Positions 61,351-64,000 of a stretch of 64,000 bases of DNA are shown piece after piece. The position numbers and the translations under genes are program-made. How positions within the stretch are numbered: the stretch's first letter is position 1; every line of letters begins with the position of its first letter. Origin of the DNA: Cetorhinus maximus (lineage: Eukaryota); the NCBI RefSeq assembly GCF_964194155.1, contig NC_135910.1, positions 20,460,001 to 20,524,000 of the forward strand, given 5' to 3'. The notes under the pieces were generated by a model that saw only the letters and a program-made list of their open reading frames with translations, did not search any database and was not told where the DNA came from.

Positions 61351-63073
61351 TGTGGAGAGAAAGACAGAGTTAACGTTTTGACTCTTCTTCAGAGCTAAAG
61401 GGAAGTAGAAATGTGGTGAAATTTATACTGTTTAAGGGAGGTGCAACAGGTGAAGCTGGATAGAAGGCCAGCGATAGCTGGAGGCAAAGGAGAGATTGCA
61501 AAAGATGTCATAAACAAAAGGCCATAGTGGTGGTACTGGCTAAAGGAGGTGCTAATGGTGACATTAAGAGTGGAATGCAGAATGTGATAATGGCAGGACC
61601 AGGGTAAGCACTCTGGAAAGTGACAGATGGCCCGAGTGAGGGTGGGGTGAGAGGAGGGGATGGTGGTGGGAAAAAATATTGAAAAGGCTAAAAGCTGGGG
61701 ATAAAACAATGAATAAAAATGGAAATAAATTTTTAAAAATAACAATAATAAAAATAAGTGGGTAAAAAATAGATAAATAAATAAAGTTTACAAATAAAAA
61801 TGAATGTAGAGAAAAGGGGGGATCAAAAAGGGGTGGGGATGGAGGAGAGAGTTCATGGTCTGAAGTTGTTAAGTCTGGAAGGTTGTAAAGAGCCTAATTG
61901 GAAGATGAGGGGCTCGTTGCTGTTCCTCCAGTTTGCGTTGAGCTTCACTGGAACATTGCAGCAGGCCAAGGATGGACATGTGGGCATGAGAGCAGGGTGG
62001 AGTGTTGAAATGGCAAGTGACAGGGAGGTCTGGGTAATGCTTGTAGACAGACCGAAGGTGTTCCGCAAAGCGGTCACCCAGTCTGCGTTTGGTCTCCCCA
62101 ATGTAGAGGAGACCACATTGGGAGCAGCGAATGCGATAGACCACACCCACTGTCGGCATTCCGTCGGGACCATTCCCTCTGGGTCACTCCTCCATCACCC
62201 CCAACCCCTCTCACAGCACCTTCCCATGCAATCGCAGAAGGTGCAACACCTGCCCCTTTACCTCCTCCCTCTTCACCATCCAAAGGCCCAAACACTCCTT
62301 TCAGGTGCAGCAGTGCTTCACTTGCACTTCCCTCAATTTGGTCTACTGCATTCGCTGCTCCCAATGCGGTCTCCATCGCCGAGGCGTAAAATGACATAGG
62401 GTGATGTCGGGCATGTGCACCCCCTGAACTGTCAAAAGCCTATTAAGGCCATTTAAAAAGGCAATTAAGCAATTACCTGAGCTGCCCGTCCAACCTTAAG
62501 GTTGGCGGCAGGCGAAGAGCCCAGGCGACCTTCACATTTTTCATGGAACCTCATCCACGGGCGGGATGAGATTTCATGAATAATTTTAAATTTTCACACA
62601 AATTTTTATTAAAATTAATGCACATTTCCCAGCTCATGTGGCAGTTTCACATGAGGGGACATGTCATAAAAATTATTTCTCCACTTTATTAACCTTTTAA
62701 AACTTTTCTCCCTGAGGCACCAAAAGAGCACACTCCCGACTCAGGCAGCCTCCCCCCTCCCCCTGCCCGCACAGGGAGCACCTAGTGCTTCCGGGTGTGC
62801 ATCACACTGGGTGGGCCTTAATTGGCCCGCCCACATAAAATGGCGGCGTGGACCCAATCGGGAGCGCTGATCGGGTCTGTGCCCGCCCCCGCACAATCCC
62901 GACAGGGGGAAATTCTACCCTATATATTTCACCACATTTTTACTTCCCTTTAGCTCTGAAGAGCCATACAGACTCGAAACGTTAACTCTGTCTTTCTCTC
63001 CACAGATGCTGTCAGTCTTTCCAGCATTTTTTGTTTTTGTTTCAGATTTCCAGCATCCGCAGTATTTTGCCTT
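61351..63073. mobile_element. Penelope-like element with inverted arrangement and GIY-YIG remnant, inserted in CR1
   Basis: Minus arm: VVYRIRCSQCGLLYIGETKRRLGDRFAEH..HFN. Plus arm: AFRRDHSL..FPCNRRRCNTCP..FTCTSLNLVYCIRCSQCG (Cys-rich linker). TSD catcct(g/a)gtaaatc at 61337-61350 and 63074-63087. Confidence 0.92.
62376..62920 (-). mobile_element. Harbinger-like MITE, one end truncated, nested in the PLE
   Basis: Contains ccaaccttaaggttgg and catggaacctcatcc/ggatgagatttcatg; intact end ggggaaattctaccc. Confidence 0.85.
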
Positions 63074-63880
63074 CATCCTAGTAAATCTCCCCTGCACCCT
63101 CTCCAGTGCAATCCCATCTTTCCTATAATGTGACCAGAACTGCACACAGTACTCCAGTTGTGGCCTAACCAGCGTTTTGTACAGTTCCAGCATAACCTCC
63201 CTGCTCTTGTATTATGCCTCGGCTAATAAAGGCAAGTATCCCATATGCCTTCTTCACCACCTTATCTACCTGCCCTGCTACCTTCAGGGATCTATGGAAA
63301 TGCACACCATATCCCTCTGGTCCCTCTGATCTTCAGTACTTCCCAGGGTCCTACTATTCATAGTGTAATCCCTTTCCTTGTTAGCCCTCCCCAAGTGCAT
63401 TACCTCACACTTTTCCATTTGCCACTGCTCTGCCCACCTGACCAGTCCATTGGTATCCTCCTGAAGTTTTTGGTTATCCTCCTCACTATTTACCACTCTA
63501 CCAACTTTCGTGTCATCCGCGAACTTCTTGATCGTACCTCCTACATTTATGTTCAAATCATTTATGTACACCACAAACAGCAAGGGTCCCAGCACCGAGC
63601 CCTGCGGAACCCCACTGGAAACAGACTTCCAGTCACAGAAACACCCCTCTACCATCATCCTCTGCTTCCTGCCTCTCAGCTAATTTTGGATCCAATGTGC
63701 CACTTTGCCTTGGATCCCATGGGCTCTTACTTTTTTGACCAGTCTGCCATGAGGGACCTTATCAAAAGCCTTATAGACCACATCAAATGCATTACCCTCC
63801 TGGCTATCTCCTCAAAACATTTGTTCAAATTTGTCAAACATGACCTTATCAAATCTATGCTGACTATCTCCAAGTGCAGA
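63074..63880 (-). mobile_element. CR1 RT fragment (upstream part of the 60878 element)
   Basis: SGVPQGSVLGPLLFVVYINDL..KKFADDTK..LYKTLVRPQLEYCVQFWS. Confidence 0.95.
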
Positions 63881-64000
63881 TATATTCTGTCCCTTGTAGA
63901 ATGAAGCATTTTTTTTATTCATTCATGGAATGTGGGTGTCACTGGCTGGGCCAACATTTATTACCCATCCCTAATTGCCCTAGGGCATTTAAGAGTCAAC

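Overview
Eukaryotic, repeat-dense vertebrate DNA. The repeat types (HER1/CR1-type LINEs, Deu-domain SINEs, Penelope-like elements) point to a cartilaginous fish, probably a shark; this is an inference. I find no intact host protein-coding gene: the ORFs are either decayed retroelement fragments or artefacts of tandem repeats. The only host-gene signal is a TE-free island at about 24.3-27.6 kb. It holds a probable minus-strand first exon (donor at 25922), a 21-bp REST/NRSF site (RE1) at 26261-26281, and POU-MORE and E-box motifs beyond a 400-N gap. Together these suggest the 5' end of an unidentified neuronal gene, with 1-25.9 kb intronic and >27.5 kb upstream. The most unusual mobile DNA is of four kinds: (i) Penelope-like element ends carrying minimal hammerhead-ribozyme motifs, including ~200-bp fold-back mini-inserts with perfect 14-bp TSDs and a subfamily with a CUGUUGA core; (ii) a ~0.7-kb Harbinger-like MITE family built from an ordered series of hairpins; (iii) a 33-bp minisatellite that grew out of a SINE; (iv) several three-layer nested insertions. 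Element boundaries were read by eye and are approximate unless TSDs are given.
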